The translations under genes and the position numbers were made by a program. From assembly GCA_038087875.1 (NCBI GenBank), contig JAXLNO010000706.1:1-63752 (forward strand): a stretch of 63,752 bases of DNA, written 5' to 3'. The notes beneath the pieces were generated by a model. The model was not told the DNA's origin and did not search any database. It worked only from the letters and a program-made list of their open reading frames with translations. Source of the stretch: Malacoraja senta (Eukaryota). This document shows positions 46,641 through 60,726 of the stretch, piece after piece. Each line of letters opens with the position of its first letter. Position 1 is the stretch's first letter.

Positions 46641-48682
46641 ATTGAGCATAGAAGTTGGGACTCGCAACATGTTGGTTGGTGAGGCCACATTTGGAGTATT
46701 GTGTTCAGTTATGGTCACCCTGATACTGGAAGGATGCCCTTCAGCTGGAAAGAGCGCAGAGAAGATTTACGAGGATGATGTCAGGACTCGAGAGCTGTAG
46801 AGAAAGATCGGGCAGGCTAGGACTCTATTCCTTGGAGCGCAGGAGGCTGAGGGGCGATCTTGTAGAGGTGTAAAAAAACTATGAGGGGGATATATAGGGA
46901 GGATGCACAGTCTTTTACCCAGAGGGGAATCAAGAACCAGAGGACATAGGTCTAAGGTGAGGGGGGAATGATTTAATAGGAGCCTGAGGACAATTTTTTT
47001 TGCAAAGGGTGGTGGGTGTATGGAACGAGCTGCAAGAGGAAGTAGTTGAGGCAGGAACTACAACAATATTGAAAAGACATTTAGACAGGTTAATGGATAG
47101 GAAAGGTTTAGAGGGATATGGGGAAAACTAAGACAGGTGGGACTAGTGTAGTTTAGTTTTAGTTTAGAGATACAGCATGGAAACAGGCCCTTCGGCCCAC
47201 CGAGTCCACACCGACCAGCGATCCCCGCACACTGACACTATCCTACACACACTGGGGACAATTTACACACACACCAAGCCAATGAACCTACTTACCTGCA
47301 CGTCTTTGGAGTGTGGGAGGAAACCGAAGATCTCGGGGTCACGGGGAGAACGTACAAACTCCGTACAGACAGCACCCGTAGTCGGGATCGAACCCGGCTC
47401 TCCGGCGCTGTGAGGCAGCAACTCTACCGCTGCGCCACCGTGGTGCACAAGATGGGGCATGTTGGCTGGCCTGGGCGTTAGACCTAAGGGCCTTTTTTCC
47501 GTGCTGTGTGACTCTAAATGCACTGAAGTTGGAGATCACATTGAGTGGTGAGGCAGACAAAATGGCCTCATTTTGCTTTAATTTCTAAGATCCTTGTACA
47601 AGAACATGGAGAGATTATCAAGCAGAGGGCCACGTTATAAATGCAATCATTTGTGTCAGTACAGAGAAGAATTTGAAGCTTTATCGGACTTTGGTTCGGC
47701 CACATTTAGAGTATTGCGTGCAGTTTTGGTTGCCCCATTACAGGAAGGATGTGGAGGTTTTGGAGTGCAGAAGTTTGCCAGAATGATGCATGGGCTAGCG
47801 GCAATTAGCTACAGGTTGGACAGACCTGGAGTGCTTTCTCTGGAGCGTCGGAGGTTGAGGGCAAGGCCTGAAAGTATATACAATTATGAGAGGCATAGCC
47901 GGGACAGATTCTTTCCCCCCCCTAGTGTGGAAATATCAAAGGCAGAGAGGGAGAGGATGTTGGCTTGACGCCATGTCACCACTGAGATCTCTATATCCTT
48001 CCTGTGATCAGTCCCGCCACAGTGGAATCATCTGCAAACTTGTAGATGAAGTTCGGGCAGTGTTTAGCTGCACAGTCCCAAGTCTACAGGGAGGCTAGTA
48101 GCGATGGCATAGCTTAAAGGAGATGTGCGGGGACAGTTTTATTCCACAGAGGGCGGTGGGTGCCTGGAACGCACTGCCAGGGGGTGGTTGGTGGAAGCAG
48201 ATACGATAGTGCAGTTAACAACTTGTAAGTTGTAAACGCCACTTTTAGCAGAATAATGAATTCTGTTGTTTTTTTCAAGAATAAACAATAAGAAAAGCCA
48301 CAATAGCATAGCCACAATGATTAGACTCAAAACTTTAAGGACATGGGTTTAAAAGGTAGCCCGATGATTCATGTAGTTCTTATGAAATGCCATCTTGTGT
48401 AATGTCATCATAGCAGATTTAGAATTATTATACCTAAGGGTCGGAGTCAGAGTTGGAGTCAGATACACAGGAAATCAAGGAGTCGGAGACAGAGTCGGGT
48501 GTTTTGGGTATCGACTCCACAGCCCTGTTTACAAGGCTTTTATATAGGCCCATAGATATGGAGGGTTATATGTGCAGACAGAGGAGATTAGTTTGATTCG
48601 GCATCTTGTTCGGCACACACTCCGCGGGCCGAAGGGCCTGTTCCTCTCAGCATGAAGCAAAGTGCTCTGCGTTTACGAGTGA

Positions 48683-48920
48683 AGGGCCTGTCCCACTTTC
48701 ACGACCTCATTCCCGACCTCTGCCGAGTTTGCCCTTGACTCATACTCGTAGCATGGTCGTCACGAGGTCGTAGGAGGTCGTCACAAGGTCGTAGCAGGCC
48801 GTGATGCTAGTCGTAGGTACTCGTGGCATCAAGTAGGTCGGGGTGTTTTTTCTAGCCTGATGAAAAATGTCCACGAGTAAAAAAGGTTGTGAATCAGGTG
48901 GTGAAAGTGGGACAGGCCCT
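48683..48920. mobile_element. Harbinger-like MITE
   Basis: AGGGCCTGTCCCACTTTCAC / GTGAAAGTGGGACAGGCCCT; flanks TGA/TTA. Confidence 0.85.
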
Positions 48921-49959
48921 TTAATTTCAGTATCAGAGGCGCTGACGGCCTGGGATCACTTCACTAAAACATTTTTGGACCGAATAGTTGTGGTTTATTC
49001 CTTCGTGGTCAGTTCAGCTTGAATATTCTGTAGACGTTCTATACAGCTTTGCATTCAACACTATAATCCCAATCTCGTTCATCACAAAACTCCTGGATCT
49101 GGGAATCAGCTCCACCCTCGGCCCCTGGATTCTCGGCTTTCTGACCCACACAGCACAATATGGATAGGATAGGACAAAACACCTCTACGATAATTCTCAA
49201 CACCAGAATCCTGTAAGGATGCATGCTCATAAGTTCATCAGTTATAGGAGCAGAATTAGGCCATTCGGCACATCGATGGGCTGAATGGCCTACTCCTGCA
49301 CCTATTGGCTATTGTGTCTACTCCACCATTCAACCATGGCTGATCTATCTTTCCCTCTCAACACCATTCTCCTGCCCTCTCCCCGTAACCCTTGACACAC
49401 TTACCAATCAAGAAGCTGTCAATCTCCGCCTTAAAAATACTCATTGGCGGCTTCCACAGCCCTCAGTGGCAATGAACTCCGCAGATTCACTACACTCTGG
49501 CGAAAGAAAATTCCTCCTTATCTCTGTTTCAGAGGTACGTCCTTTTTTTCTGAGGCTACGGCCTCTGGTTCTAGACTCTACCACCAGTGGAAACATTCTC
49601 TCCACATGTATTAAAACACATTTATATTCCTTGGCTTTTGACACTGCTTGAGACATTGCTCCTGTTTTTAGTGCTTTTAATGTTTTTAATTTTATTGTTT
49701 TTACTCTTTCGTTTAATGTTTTTATTGTTATGTAATAATTTCTTGTCCATGATTAATCATGTACAGCACTTTGTTGCAACGGCGGTTGTTTTTAAAGTGC
49801 TCTATAAATAAAGTTATTATTATTTATTATTATCCACTCTATCCAGGCCTTTCACTGTTCGGTAAGTTTCAATGAGGTCCCCCCTCATCCTACTAAACTC
49901 CAGCGAGTACAGGCCCAGTGTCGTCAAATGCTCATCGTATGTTAATCCAACTCCCCAAC

Positions 49960-52900
49960 ATATAGATACATAGATACATAGAAAATAGGTGCAGGAGTAG
50001 ACCATTCGGCCCTTCGAGCCTGCACCGCCATTCAATATGATCATGGCTGATCATCCAACTCAGTATCCCGTACCTGCCTTCTCTCCATACCCCCTGATCC
50101 CTTTAGCCACAAGGACCACATCTAACTCCCTCTTAAATATAGCCAATGAACTGGCCTCCACTACCCTCTGTGGCAGAGAGTTCCAGAGATTCACCACTCT
50201 CTGTGTGAAAAAGTTTTTTCTCATCTCGGTCTTAAAGGATTTCCCCCTTATCCTTAACCTGTGACCCCTTGTCCTGGACTTCCCCAACATCGGGAACAAT
50301 CTTCCTGCATCTAGCCTGTCCAACCCCATAAGAATTTTGTACGTTTCTATAAGATCCCCTCTCAATCTCCTAAATTCTAGCGAGTATAAGCCATGTCTAT
50401 CCAGTCTTTCTTCATATGAAAGTCATGACATCCCAGGAATCAGTCTGGTGAACATTCTCTGCACTCCCTCTATGGCTATAATGTCCTTCCTCAGATTTGG
50501 AGACCAAAACTGTATGCAATACTCCAGGTGTGGTCTCACCAAGACCATGTACAACTGCAGTAGAACCTCCCTGCTCCTATACTCAAATCCTTTTGCTATG
50601 AAAGCTAACATACCATTCGCTTTCTTCACTGCCTGCTGCACCTGCATGCCTACTTTCAATGACTGGTGTACCATGACACCCAGGTCTCGCTGCATCTCCA
50701 TTTTTCCTAATCGGCCACCATTTAGAGAATAGTCTGCTTTCCTGTTTTTGCCACCAAAGTGGATAACCTCACATTTATCCACATTATACTGCATCTGCCA
50801 AACATTTGCCCACTCACCCAGCCTATCCAAGTCACCTTGCAGTCTCCTAGCATCCTCCTCACAGCTAACACTGCCCCCCTGCTTAGTGTCATCCTCAAAC
50901 TTGGAGATGTTGCCTTCAATTCCCTCATCCAGCTCATTAATATAAATTGTAAATAGCTGAGGTCCCAGCACTGAGCCTTGCGGTACCCCACTAGTCACTG
51001 CCTGCCATTGTGAAAAGGACCCGTTTACTCCTACTCTTTGCTTCCTGTTTGCCAGCCAGTTCTCTATCCACATCAATACTGAACCCCCAATACCGTGTGC
51101 TTTAAGTTTGTATACTAATCTCTTATGTGGGACCTTGTCGAAAGCCTTCTGAAAGTCCAGATACAACACATCCACTGGTTCTCCCCTATCCACTCTACTA
51201 GTTACATCCTCAAAAATTCTATAACATTTGTCAGACATGATTTACCTTTCGTAAATCCATGCTGACTTTGTCCAATGATGTCACCACTTTCCAAATGTGC
51301 TGCTATCCCATCTTTAATAACTGACTCTAGCAGTTTCCCCACTACCGATGTTAGACTAACTGGTCTGTAATTCCCCGTTTTCTCTCTCCCTCCCTTCTTA
51401 AAAAGTGGGGTTACGTTTGCTACCCTCCAATCCTCAGGAACTACTCCAGAATCTAAAGAGTTTTGAAAAATTATCACTAATGCATCCACTATTTCTGGAG
51501 CTACTTCCTTAAGTACTCTGGGATGCAGCCTATCTGGCCCTGGTGATTTATCAGCTTTTAATCTATTCAATTTACCCAACACCACTTCCCGACTAACCTG
51601 GATTTCACTCAGTTCCTCCATCTCCTTTGACCCGCGGTCCCCTGCTATTTCTGGCAGATTATTTATGTCTTCCTTAGTGAAGACGGAACCAAAGTAGTTA
51701 TTCAATTGGTCCGCCATATCCTTGTTCCCCATGATCAATTCACCTGTTTCTGACTGCAAGGGACCTACATTTGTTTTAACTAATCTCTTTCTCTTCACAT
51801 ATCTATAAAAACTTTTGCAGTCAGTTTTCATGTTCCCTGCCAGTTTTCTTTCATAATCTATTTTCCCTTTCCTAATTAAGCCCCTTGTCCTCCTCTGCTG
51901 GTCTCTGAATTTCTTCCAGTCCTCTGGTATGCTGCTTTTTCTGGCTAATTTGTACGCATCATCTTTTGCTTTGATACTATCCCTGATTTCCCTTGTTATC
52001 CACGGATGCACTACCTTCCCTGATTTATTCTTTTGCCAAACTGGGATGAACAATTTTTGTAGTTCATCCATGCAGTCTTTAAATGCCTTCCATTGCATAT
52101 CCACCGTCAACCCTTTTAGAACTAATTGCCAGTCAATCTTGGCCAATTCACATCTCATACCCTCAAAGTTACCTTTCTTTAAGTTCAGAACCGTTGTTTC
52201 TGAATTAACAATGTCACTCTCCATCCTAATGAAGAACTCAACCATATTATGGTCACTCTTGCCCAAGGGGGCATGCACAACAAGACTGCTAACTAACCCT
52301 TCCTCATTACTCAATACCCTGTCTAGAATAGCCTGCTCTCTCGTTGGTTCCTCTACATGTTGGTTTAGATAACTATCCCGCATATATTCCAAGAAATCCT
52401 CTTCCTCAGCACCCCTGCCAATTTGATTCACCCAATCTATATGTAGATTGAAGTCACCCATTATAACTGTTTTGCCTTTGTTGCACGCATTTCTAATTTC
52501 CTGTTTGATGCCATCCCCAACTTCACTACTACTGCTAGGTGGCCTGTACACAACACCCACCAGCGTTTTCTGCCCCTTAGTGTTTCGCAGCTCTACCCAT
52601 ACCGATTCCACATCCTCCAAGCTAATGTCCTTCCTTTCCACTGCGTTAATCTCCTCTCTAACCAGCAAAGCTACCCCACCTCCTTTTCCTTTCTCTCTAT
52701 CCCTCCTGAATATTGAATATCCCTGGATGATCAGCTCCCAGCCTTGGTCACCCTGGAGCCATATCTCCGTGATCCCAACTATATCATAATCATTAATAGC
52801 TATCTGCACGTTCAACTCATCCACCTTATTACGAATGCTCCTTGCATTGAGACACAAAGCCTTCAGGCTTGTTTTTACAACGCTCTTACCCCTTATACAA

Positions 52901-53765
52901 TTATGTTGAAAAGTGGGCCTTTTTGATTTTTGGCCTGGATTTGTCTACCTGCCACTTTTACTTTTCACCTTGTTACCTATTGCTTCCGCCCGCATTTTAC
53001 ACCCCTCTGTTTATTATTGTTTTCTTCTTTCCCCCCTACATGTTGGGTCTGAGTGCTTTCCTTCTCTGCCTCCTGCCTCACACACTGTCTAATAGCTTTC
53101 TCTATTTGAGTCCCTCGCCCCAACCATTCTAGTTTAAAGTCTCCCCAGTAGCCTTTGCAGATCTCCCCGCCAGGATATCGGTCCCCCTCAGGTTCAAGTA
53201 CAACCCATCCTTTTTGTACAGGTCGCACCTTCCACAAAAGAGGTCCCAATGATCCAGAAATTTGAATCCTTGCCCTCTGCACCAGTCCTTCAGCCACGCA
53301 TTTATCCTCCACCTCGCTCCATTCCTACTCTCACTGTCGCGTGGCACAGGCAGTAATCCCGAGATTGTTACCTTTGCTGTCCTACTCTTTAACTCCCCTC
53401 CTAACTCCCTAAATTCTCCTTTCAGGACCTCTTCTCTTTTTTTACCTATGTAATTGGTACCTATATGTACCACGACCTCGGGCTCCTCTCCCTCCCCTTT
53501 CAGGGTATCTTGGAAACGTTGAGACACATCACAGACCCTGGCACCAGGGAGGCAAACTACCATCCGGGTCTCCCGACTGCGTCCACAGAATTGCCTGTCT
53601 GACCCCCTAACTATAGAGTCCCCTATTAGTATTGCCATCCTCTTCTTTTCCTTACCCTTCTGCGCAACAGGACCGGTCTCTGTACCGGAGGCCCAGCCGC
53701 TGTTGCTACCCCCAAGTAGGCTGTCCCCCCCAACAGTGCTCAAACAGGAGTACTTATTGTCAAGG
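49960..53765 (-). mobile_element. Near full-length CR1 LINE: ORF1 SGNH-esterase part, ORF2 (EN+RT, frameshifted), 3' tail
   Basis: ORF1 53129-53785 has IGDSIVRG, VVHIGTN, DGLYLN; ORF2 52857-50060 has CLNARS, GITEIW, GDFN, SDH, QHGF, PQGSVLGP; (CTATGTAT)n tail. Confidence 0.95.
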
Positions 53766-53844
53766 TGTATATACTCTCTACGCACTCACAACTGTGCAGC
53801 CAGATTCAGCTCTAACTCCATTCATAAGTTTGCAGATAACACTA

Positions 53845-54044
53845 CAGTTTCTCCCCGATTTACGATGCTTCGACTTCCGATATCTCGACTTTACGATGGC
53901 GCAAACGCTGGGCGACGGCAGCGAGCCGCGCGTCACTTCCGGTCACGTGATCAAATTGTATTAAATACGTTTTCGACATGCGATATTTTCGATTTACGAT
54001 GGGTTTATCGGAACGTAACCCCATCGTAGGTCTAGGAGCAGCTG
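53845..54044 (-). mobile_element. Tigger/pogo-type MITE (MER47-like)
   Basis: ta|CAG...CTG|ta, imperfect TIRs of about 23 bp, inserted into a Rex RT segment (KFADNTT|V). Confidence 0.8.
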
Positions 54045-54819
54045 TACTGTGGTGTGCCGATCCACGAACAACGACAAATGGAGTATAGGAAGGGTGCCAA
54101 GGCAACAACGACCCTGCCATCAACATCGGCAAGATGAAGGAGCTTGTTACCGACTTCAGAAAGTTTGGTGCGGTACAAGTCCCAATCAGCATCAATGCTG
54201 CAGGTGGAGACGGTTGAGTCATACAGGCATACAATGTGGAAACAGGCCCCTCGGCCCAACTTGCCAATGCCATAAGGTCATAAGGAATAGGAGCAGAATT
54301 AGGCCATTCGGCCATCAAGTCTACTCCGCCATTCAATCATGGTCGATCCACCTCTCCCTCCCAACCTCATTCTCCGCATAACCCCTGACACTAATCATGA
54401 ATCTATCTATCTCAGCCTCAAAAATTGTCCACTGACGGCCTCCACGGCCTTCTGTGGCACAGAATTCCACAGATTCACCACAAAGTAATTCAGCAGATCA
54501 GGCAGCATCTCTGGACAACATAAATAGGCACGGTGACGTAGCGGTAGAGTTGCTGCCTCACCGCGAAGGTTACGGGAAGAAGGCAGAAGAATGGGGCTTG
54601 AGAGGAAAAAACAGATCAGCCATCATCAAATGGCGGAGCAGACTCGATGGGCCGCCCAACATGACCCATCTACACTAGTCCCACCTACCCGCGTTTGGTC
54701 CTCTAAACTTATCCTATCCATATACCCGTCGAAATGTTTCTTAAAAGTTGCGAGAGTGCCTCAAGTTGCAGGGAGCCTCAAAGAGCAAAGAATCTCCAGG
54801 AACCTGGACCCACTATAAT

Positions 54820-56590
54820 GAGTCCACTGACACAGTAGATCAATTGAGGATACAATCTCACTGCCTCTCCACTCTGCATTGGACCAGTTGGACATTAATA
54901 ACACATGCATCAGGCTGTTCATAGTCTACCGCTCAGCATTCAACACCCATCATCCCCTTCAAACTAGATACCAAGCTCAAGGAACTAGGAACTCTGTGCA
55001 TCCCTCTGCAACTGGATCCTCGACTTCCTCAACAACAGGCAACAATCTGTACGAATTGGCAGCAACACTTCCTCCTTAATATAACCACCAGTAAAGGAGC
55101 ACCTCAACTTGGCGTCAAGATGGGAAAAGGGGAAGTACAGCGGGATCTAGGGGTCCTTGTACATCAGTCTATGAAAGTAAACATGCAGGTACAGCAGGCA
55201 GTGAAGAGAGCGAATGGCATGTTGGCCTATAAAACAAGAGGAATCGAATATAGGAGCAAAGAGGTCCTTCTGCAGTTGTACAGAGCCCTAGTGAGAACAC
55301 ACCTGGCGTATTGTGTGCAGTTTTGGTCCCCTCATTTGAGGAAGGACATTCTTGCTATTGAGGGAGTGCAGCGTAGGTTTACAAGATTAATTCCCGGGAT
55401 GGCGGGACTGTCATATGCTGAGTGAATGGAGCAGCTGGGCTTGTACATTCTGGAGTTTCGAAGGATGAGAGGGGATCTCATTGATACATATAAGATTGTT
55501 TAGGGTTTGGACACGCTAGAGGCAGGAAACATGTTCCCGATGTTGGGGGAGTCCAGAACCAGGGGCCACAGTTTAAGAATAAGGAGTAAGCCATTTAGAA
55601 TGGAGACGAGGAAACACTTTTTCTCACAGAGAGTGGTGAGTCTGTGGAATTCTCTGCCTTAGAGGGCGGTGGAGGCAGGTTCTCTGGATGCTTTCAAGCG
55701 AGACCTAGATAAGGCTCTTAAAAATAGCGGAGTCAGGGAATATGGGGAGAAGGCAGGAACGGGGTACTGATTGGGGATGATCAGCCATGATCACATTGAA
55801 TGGCGGTGCTGGCTCGAAGGGCCGAATGGCCTACTCCTGCACCTATTGTCTATTGTCTATTGATACAATCTCACTGCCTCTACACTGCGTTGGACCACGG
55901 ACATAAATAACACATACATCAGGCTGTTCATAGTCTACAGCTCAGCATTCAACACCATCATCCCCTTCAAACTAGACACTAAGCTCAAGGAACTGGGACT
56001 CTGCGCATCCCTCTGCAACTGGATCCTCGACTTCCTCAACAACAGGCAGCAATCTGTACGAATTGGCAGCAACACTTCCTCCTTATTATAACCACCAGCA
56101 AAGGAGCACCTCAAGGGCATGTGCTCAGCCCTCTACTCTACACATTCTATACCCGTGACTGTTCAGCTGGATACAGTCCCAACTCCATCTTCAATTCCGC
56201 CGATGACACCTCCATTGTTGGACGAGTTATAGGTGACGATGAGTCAGAGTGTGAATCAACTCATCGAATGATGCCAGCACAACAACCTTGCTCTCAACGC
56301 CAGCGCAACCAAGGAACTGACTGTTGACTTTGGAAGAAGATCGAGGATCCAATCGCCAGTGAAGATTTGAGTCATAAACTTTCAATTCCTGGGCGTGCAA
56401 ATCTCTGAAGATCTGTCCTGGACCCAGCACATTGATGCAATTAAAATAATTATTTATTGTGTCTATGGTCCATAAACACACTGAACTTTTATCTCCTGTT
56501 CTGTATTATGTTTACATATCCTGTTGTGCTGCAGCAAGTAAGAATTTCATTGTCCTATCTGGGACACATGACAATAAACTCTCTTGACTT
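54820..56590 (+). mobile_element. Rex/Babar LINE RT fragment with a nested CR1 (55108-55861)
   Basis: [17 protein letters not shown]...[19 protein letters not shown]...LSPLLY...ADDT; CR1 peptides in 55120-55425. Confidence 0.85.
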
Positions 56591-56617
56591 GTGAAATTCA
56601 ATGCCTCTACTTTCTGA

Positions 56618-56927
56618 AAGCCCTGTCCCACGGTACGAATTCATTCCAAGAGCTCTCCCGAGTTTAAAAAAAATCAAACTCGTGGTAAGCACGGAGAACG
56701 AACGTAGCAGGTACGTCGGAGCTCGGGGACGTCTCTTAGCGGCTCGTAACGCTAATAGCAGGTAAACTCGGGAAGACTCGTGAAGATTTTTCAAGATGTT
56801 GAAAAAACATGTTGAAAAATGTCCACGAGAGCCCCGAGTACCGACGAGTGGCCATTACTGTAAATCTCCGAGTTCGAATCAGGGGAAACTCGGGGGAGCT
56901 CTTGGAATGAACTCGTACCGTGGGACA
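56618..56927. mobile_element. Harbinger-like MITE (same subfamily as 18390-18718)
   Basis: GCCCTGTCCCACGGTACGA...TCGTACCGTGGGACA. Confidence 0.8.
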
Positions 56928-57523
56928 TGGTAACTCCCAAGAACAAAGATTGCACAAAGTCGTGAACACTGCCCAGTCCATCCCACCATCGAAGGGATCT
57001 ACAAGAGTTGCTGCCTCAAAAAGGTAGCCAGCTTCGTCAGAGACCCGCACCACTGTCCACGCTGTCCTTTCACTCCTGCCATCAGGAAGAATATACAGGA
57101 GCCTGGAAGCTGTAACATCCAGGTTCAGGAACAGCTTCTTCACTGCAACCATCAGGCTATTAAACACGGCAACCTCCAAATAAGCTCCGATCACATAGAC
57201 TTGGGTACATTGTTATTGTTTGTTTGATTTTTTTAAAATATCTATACTGAACATTTTTTGCGTTTATTGTGGTTTTTACAGAGTACTATGTTTACAAATC
57301 TGTTTAGCTGCGGCAACTGAGAATTTCATTGCTCCGTTTTGGGAAACGTGGCAGTAAAACACTCTTCACTCCTGACAGGTTCCTAAGTGGAAATATCACC
57401 AACAATTTGTCCTGGCCCAACAACATTGAAGCTACAGTAAAAAAAACACACACACCAATACCACGACTGACTCAGAAGATAGAGGAAGCTCAGCTTGTCT
57501 CCAATATCTACAGATGTCCCTTA

Positions 57524-57840
57524 AGGGCCTGTCCCACTGTACGAGCTAATGCAAGAGTTATCCCGAGTTTCCCCTGTTTCGAGCTCGGAGAATTACGGTA
57601 ATGGCCGCTCGTAGGTACTTTGGGCTCTCGTGGACATTTTTCAACATGTTGAAAAATCTTCACGAGTCTTCACGAGCTTACCGCGTTTCCCGAGTAACTG
57701 CCGTTAGCGTTACGAGCCGCTAAGAGACGTCCCCGAGCACCGACGTACCCGCTACGTACATTCTACGTGCTTACCACGAGTTTGATTTTTTTAAAACTCG
57801 GGTGAGCTCTTGAACTACCTCGTACAGTGGGACAGGCCCT
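57524..57840. mobile_element. Harbinger-like MITE
   Basis: tta|AGGGCCTGTCCCACTGTACGAG...CTCGTACAGTGGGACAGGCCCT|tta. Confidence 0.88.
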
Positions 57841-58357
57841 TTAGAGAGCATACTGTCGGGCTGCATCACAGCTTGGTTTTGGCACACCTCTGCCCAAGAC
57901 CACAAGAAATCACACAGAGTTGTGGGTGTTGCCCAGACCATCTCACAGACCAGACTCCCCATCATTGACTCCATCTACACTTCACGCTGCCTCGGGAAAG
58001 CAGCCGACATAATCAAAGAACCACTCGCACCCCAGTCATTCTTTCTTCTCCCCGCTCCCATCAGACAGAAGGTACAGAAGCGTGAAAGCGCGCACCACCA
58101 GACTCAGGAACAGCTTCTTCCCCACTAGTCCCAAACTACTGAGGGGCCCTTCCTTGTTAGAGCGTAGTTTTGATCTTCCAACCTACCGCATTGCAGATCT
58201 TGCAACATTTTCTCTGTAACTGTAATGCTGCAGCAATATATTCTGCACTCTGGTATTTTTCTCTATGTACTTTTGTATGGCTCAATTGTATTCATGTATT
58301 GTATGATCATGCCTCGACTTCCTGAGAAGATACGGAGAGTTGGTATGTCAAGGAGGA

Positions 58358-60726
58358 CATAGATACATAGATACATAGAAAATAGGTGCAGGAGTAGGCC
58401 ATTCGGCCCTTCGAGCCTGCACCGCCATTCAATATGATCATGGCTGATCATCCAACTCAGTATCCCGTACCTCTCCATACCCCCTGACCCCTTTAGCCAC
58501 AAGGGCCACATCTAACTCCCTCTTAAATATAGCCAATGAAATGGCCTCAACTACCCTCTGTGGCAGAGAGTTCCAGAGATTCACCACTCTCTGTGTGAAA
58601 ACATTTTTCCTCATCTCGGTCTTAAAGGATTTCCCCCTTATCCTTAAGCTGTGACCCCTTGTCCTGGACTTCCCCAACATCGGGAACAATCTTCCTGCAT
58701 CTAGCCTGTCCAATCCCATACGAATTTTGTACGTTTCTATTAGATCCCCTCTCAATCTCCTAAATTCTAGCGAGTATAAGCCAAGTCTATCCAGTCTTTC
58801 TTCATATGAAAGTCCTGACATCCCAGGAATCAGTATAGTGAACCTTCTCTGCACTCCCTCTATGGCTATAATGTCCTTCCTCAGCTTTGGAGACCAAAAC
58901 TGTACGCAATACTCCAGGTGTGGTCTCACCAAGACCCTGTGCAACTGCAGTAGAACCTCCTGCTCCTATACTCAAATCCTCTTGCTATGAGAGCCAACAT
59001 ACCATACGCTTTCTTCACTGCCTGCTGCACCTGCATGCCTACTTTCAATGACTGGTGTACCATGACACCCAGGTCTCGCTGCATCTCCCCATTTCCTAAT
59101 CGGCCACCATTTAGATAATAGTCTGCCTTCCCGTTTTTGCCACCAAAGTGGATAACCTCACATTTATCCACATTATACTGCATCTGCCAAACATTTGCCC
59201 ACTCACCCAGCCTATCCAAGTCACCTTGCAGTCTCCGAGCATCCTCCTCACAGCTAACACTGCTCCCCAGCTTAGTGTCATCCGCAAACTTGGAGATGTT
59301 GCTTTCAATTCCCTCATCCAGGTCATTAATATAAATTGTAAATAGCCGGGGTCCCAGCACTGAGCCTTGCGGTACCCCACTAGTCACTGCTGCCATCGTG
59401 AAAAGGACCCGTTTACTCCTACTCTTTGCTTCCTGTTTGCCAGCCAGTTCTCTATCCACATCAATACTGAACCCCCAATACCGTGTGATTTAAGTTTGTA
59501 TCCTAATCTCTTATGTGGTACCTTGTCGAAAGCCTTCTGAAAGTCCCCATGATCAACTCACCTGTTTCTGACTGCAAGGGACCTACATTTGTTTTAACTA
59601 ATCTCTTCTTTTCACATATCTATAAAAACATTTGCAGTCAGTTTTTATGTTCCCTGCCAGTTTTCTTTCATAATTTATTTTTCCTTTCCTAATTAAGCCA
59701 TTTGTCCTCCTCTGCTGGTCTCTGAATTTCTCCCAGTCCTCTGTATGCTGCTTTTTCTGGCTAATTTGTACGCATCATCTTTTGCTTTGATACTATCCCT
59801 GATTTCCCTTGTTATCCACGGATGCACTACCTTCCCTGATTTATTCTTTTGCCAAACTGGGATGAACAATTTTTGTAGTTCATCCATGCAGTCTTTAAAT
59901 GCCTTCCATTGCATATCCACCGTCAACCCTTTTAGAACTAATTGCCAGTCAATCTTGGCCAATTCACGTCTCATACCCTCAAAGTTACCTTTCTTTAAGT
60001 TCAGAACCGTAGTTTCTGAATTAACAATGTCACTCTCCATCCTGATGAAGAACTCAACCATATTATGGTCACTCTTGCCCAAGGGGGCACGCACAACAAG
60101 ACTGCTAACTAACCCTTCCTCATTACTCAATACCCAGTCTAGAATAGCCTGCTCTCTCGTTGGTTCCTCTACATGTTGGTTTAGATAACTATCCCACATA
60201 CATTCCAAGAAATCCTCTTCCTCAGCACCACTGCCAATTTGATTCACCCAATCTATATGTAGATTGAAGTCACCCATTATAACTGTTTTGCCTTTGTTGC
60301 ACGCATTTCTAATTTCCTGTTTGATGCCATCCCCAACTTCACTACTACTGCTAGGTGGCCTGTACACAACACCCACCAGCGTTTTCTGCCCCTTAGTGTT
60401 TTGCAGCTCTACCCATACCGATTCCACATCCTCCAAGCTAATGTCCTTCCTTTCCACTGCGTTAATCTCCTCTCTAACCAGCAACGCTACCCCACCTCCT
60501 TTTCCTTTCTCTCTATCCCTCCTGAATATTGAATATCCCTGGATGTTCAGCTCCCAGCCTTGGTCACCCTGGAGCCATGTCTCCGTGATCCCAACTATAT
60601 CATAATCATTAATAGCTATCTGCACGTTCGACTCATCCACCTGATTACGAATGCTCCTTGCATTGAGACACAAAGCCTTCAGGCTTGTTTTTACAATGAT
60701 CTTACCCCTTATACAATTATGTTGTA
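58358..60726 (-). mobile_element. CR1 LINE with an internal deletion (junction near 59546), inserted into a Rex element
   Basis: EN ORF 59693-60673 and RT ORFs 58438-59459. The flanks (aggagga|...ctctctctaac) match the uninterrupted Rex copy near 46100. Confidence 0.92.

Noticed and set aside
48430..48527. hAT-like terminus CAGGGCTGTGGAGTCG with GGAGTC repeats
   Set aside because: Only one end is visible and no TSD, so it cannot be delimited or classified confidently.
53129..53785. Host GDSL/SGNH esterase gene
   Set aside because: It is CR1 ORF1, directly upstream of CR1 ORF2.
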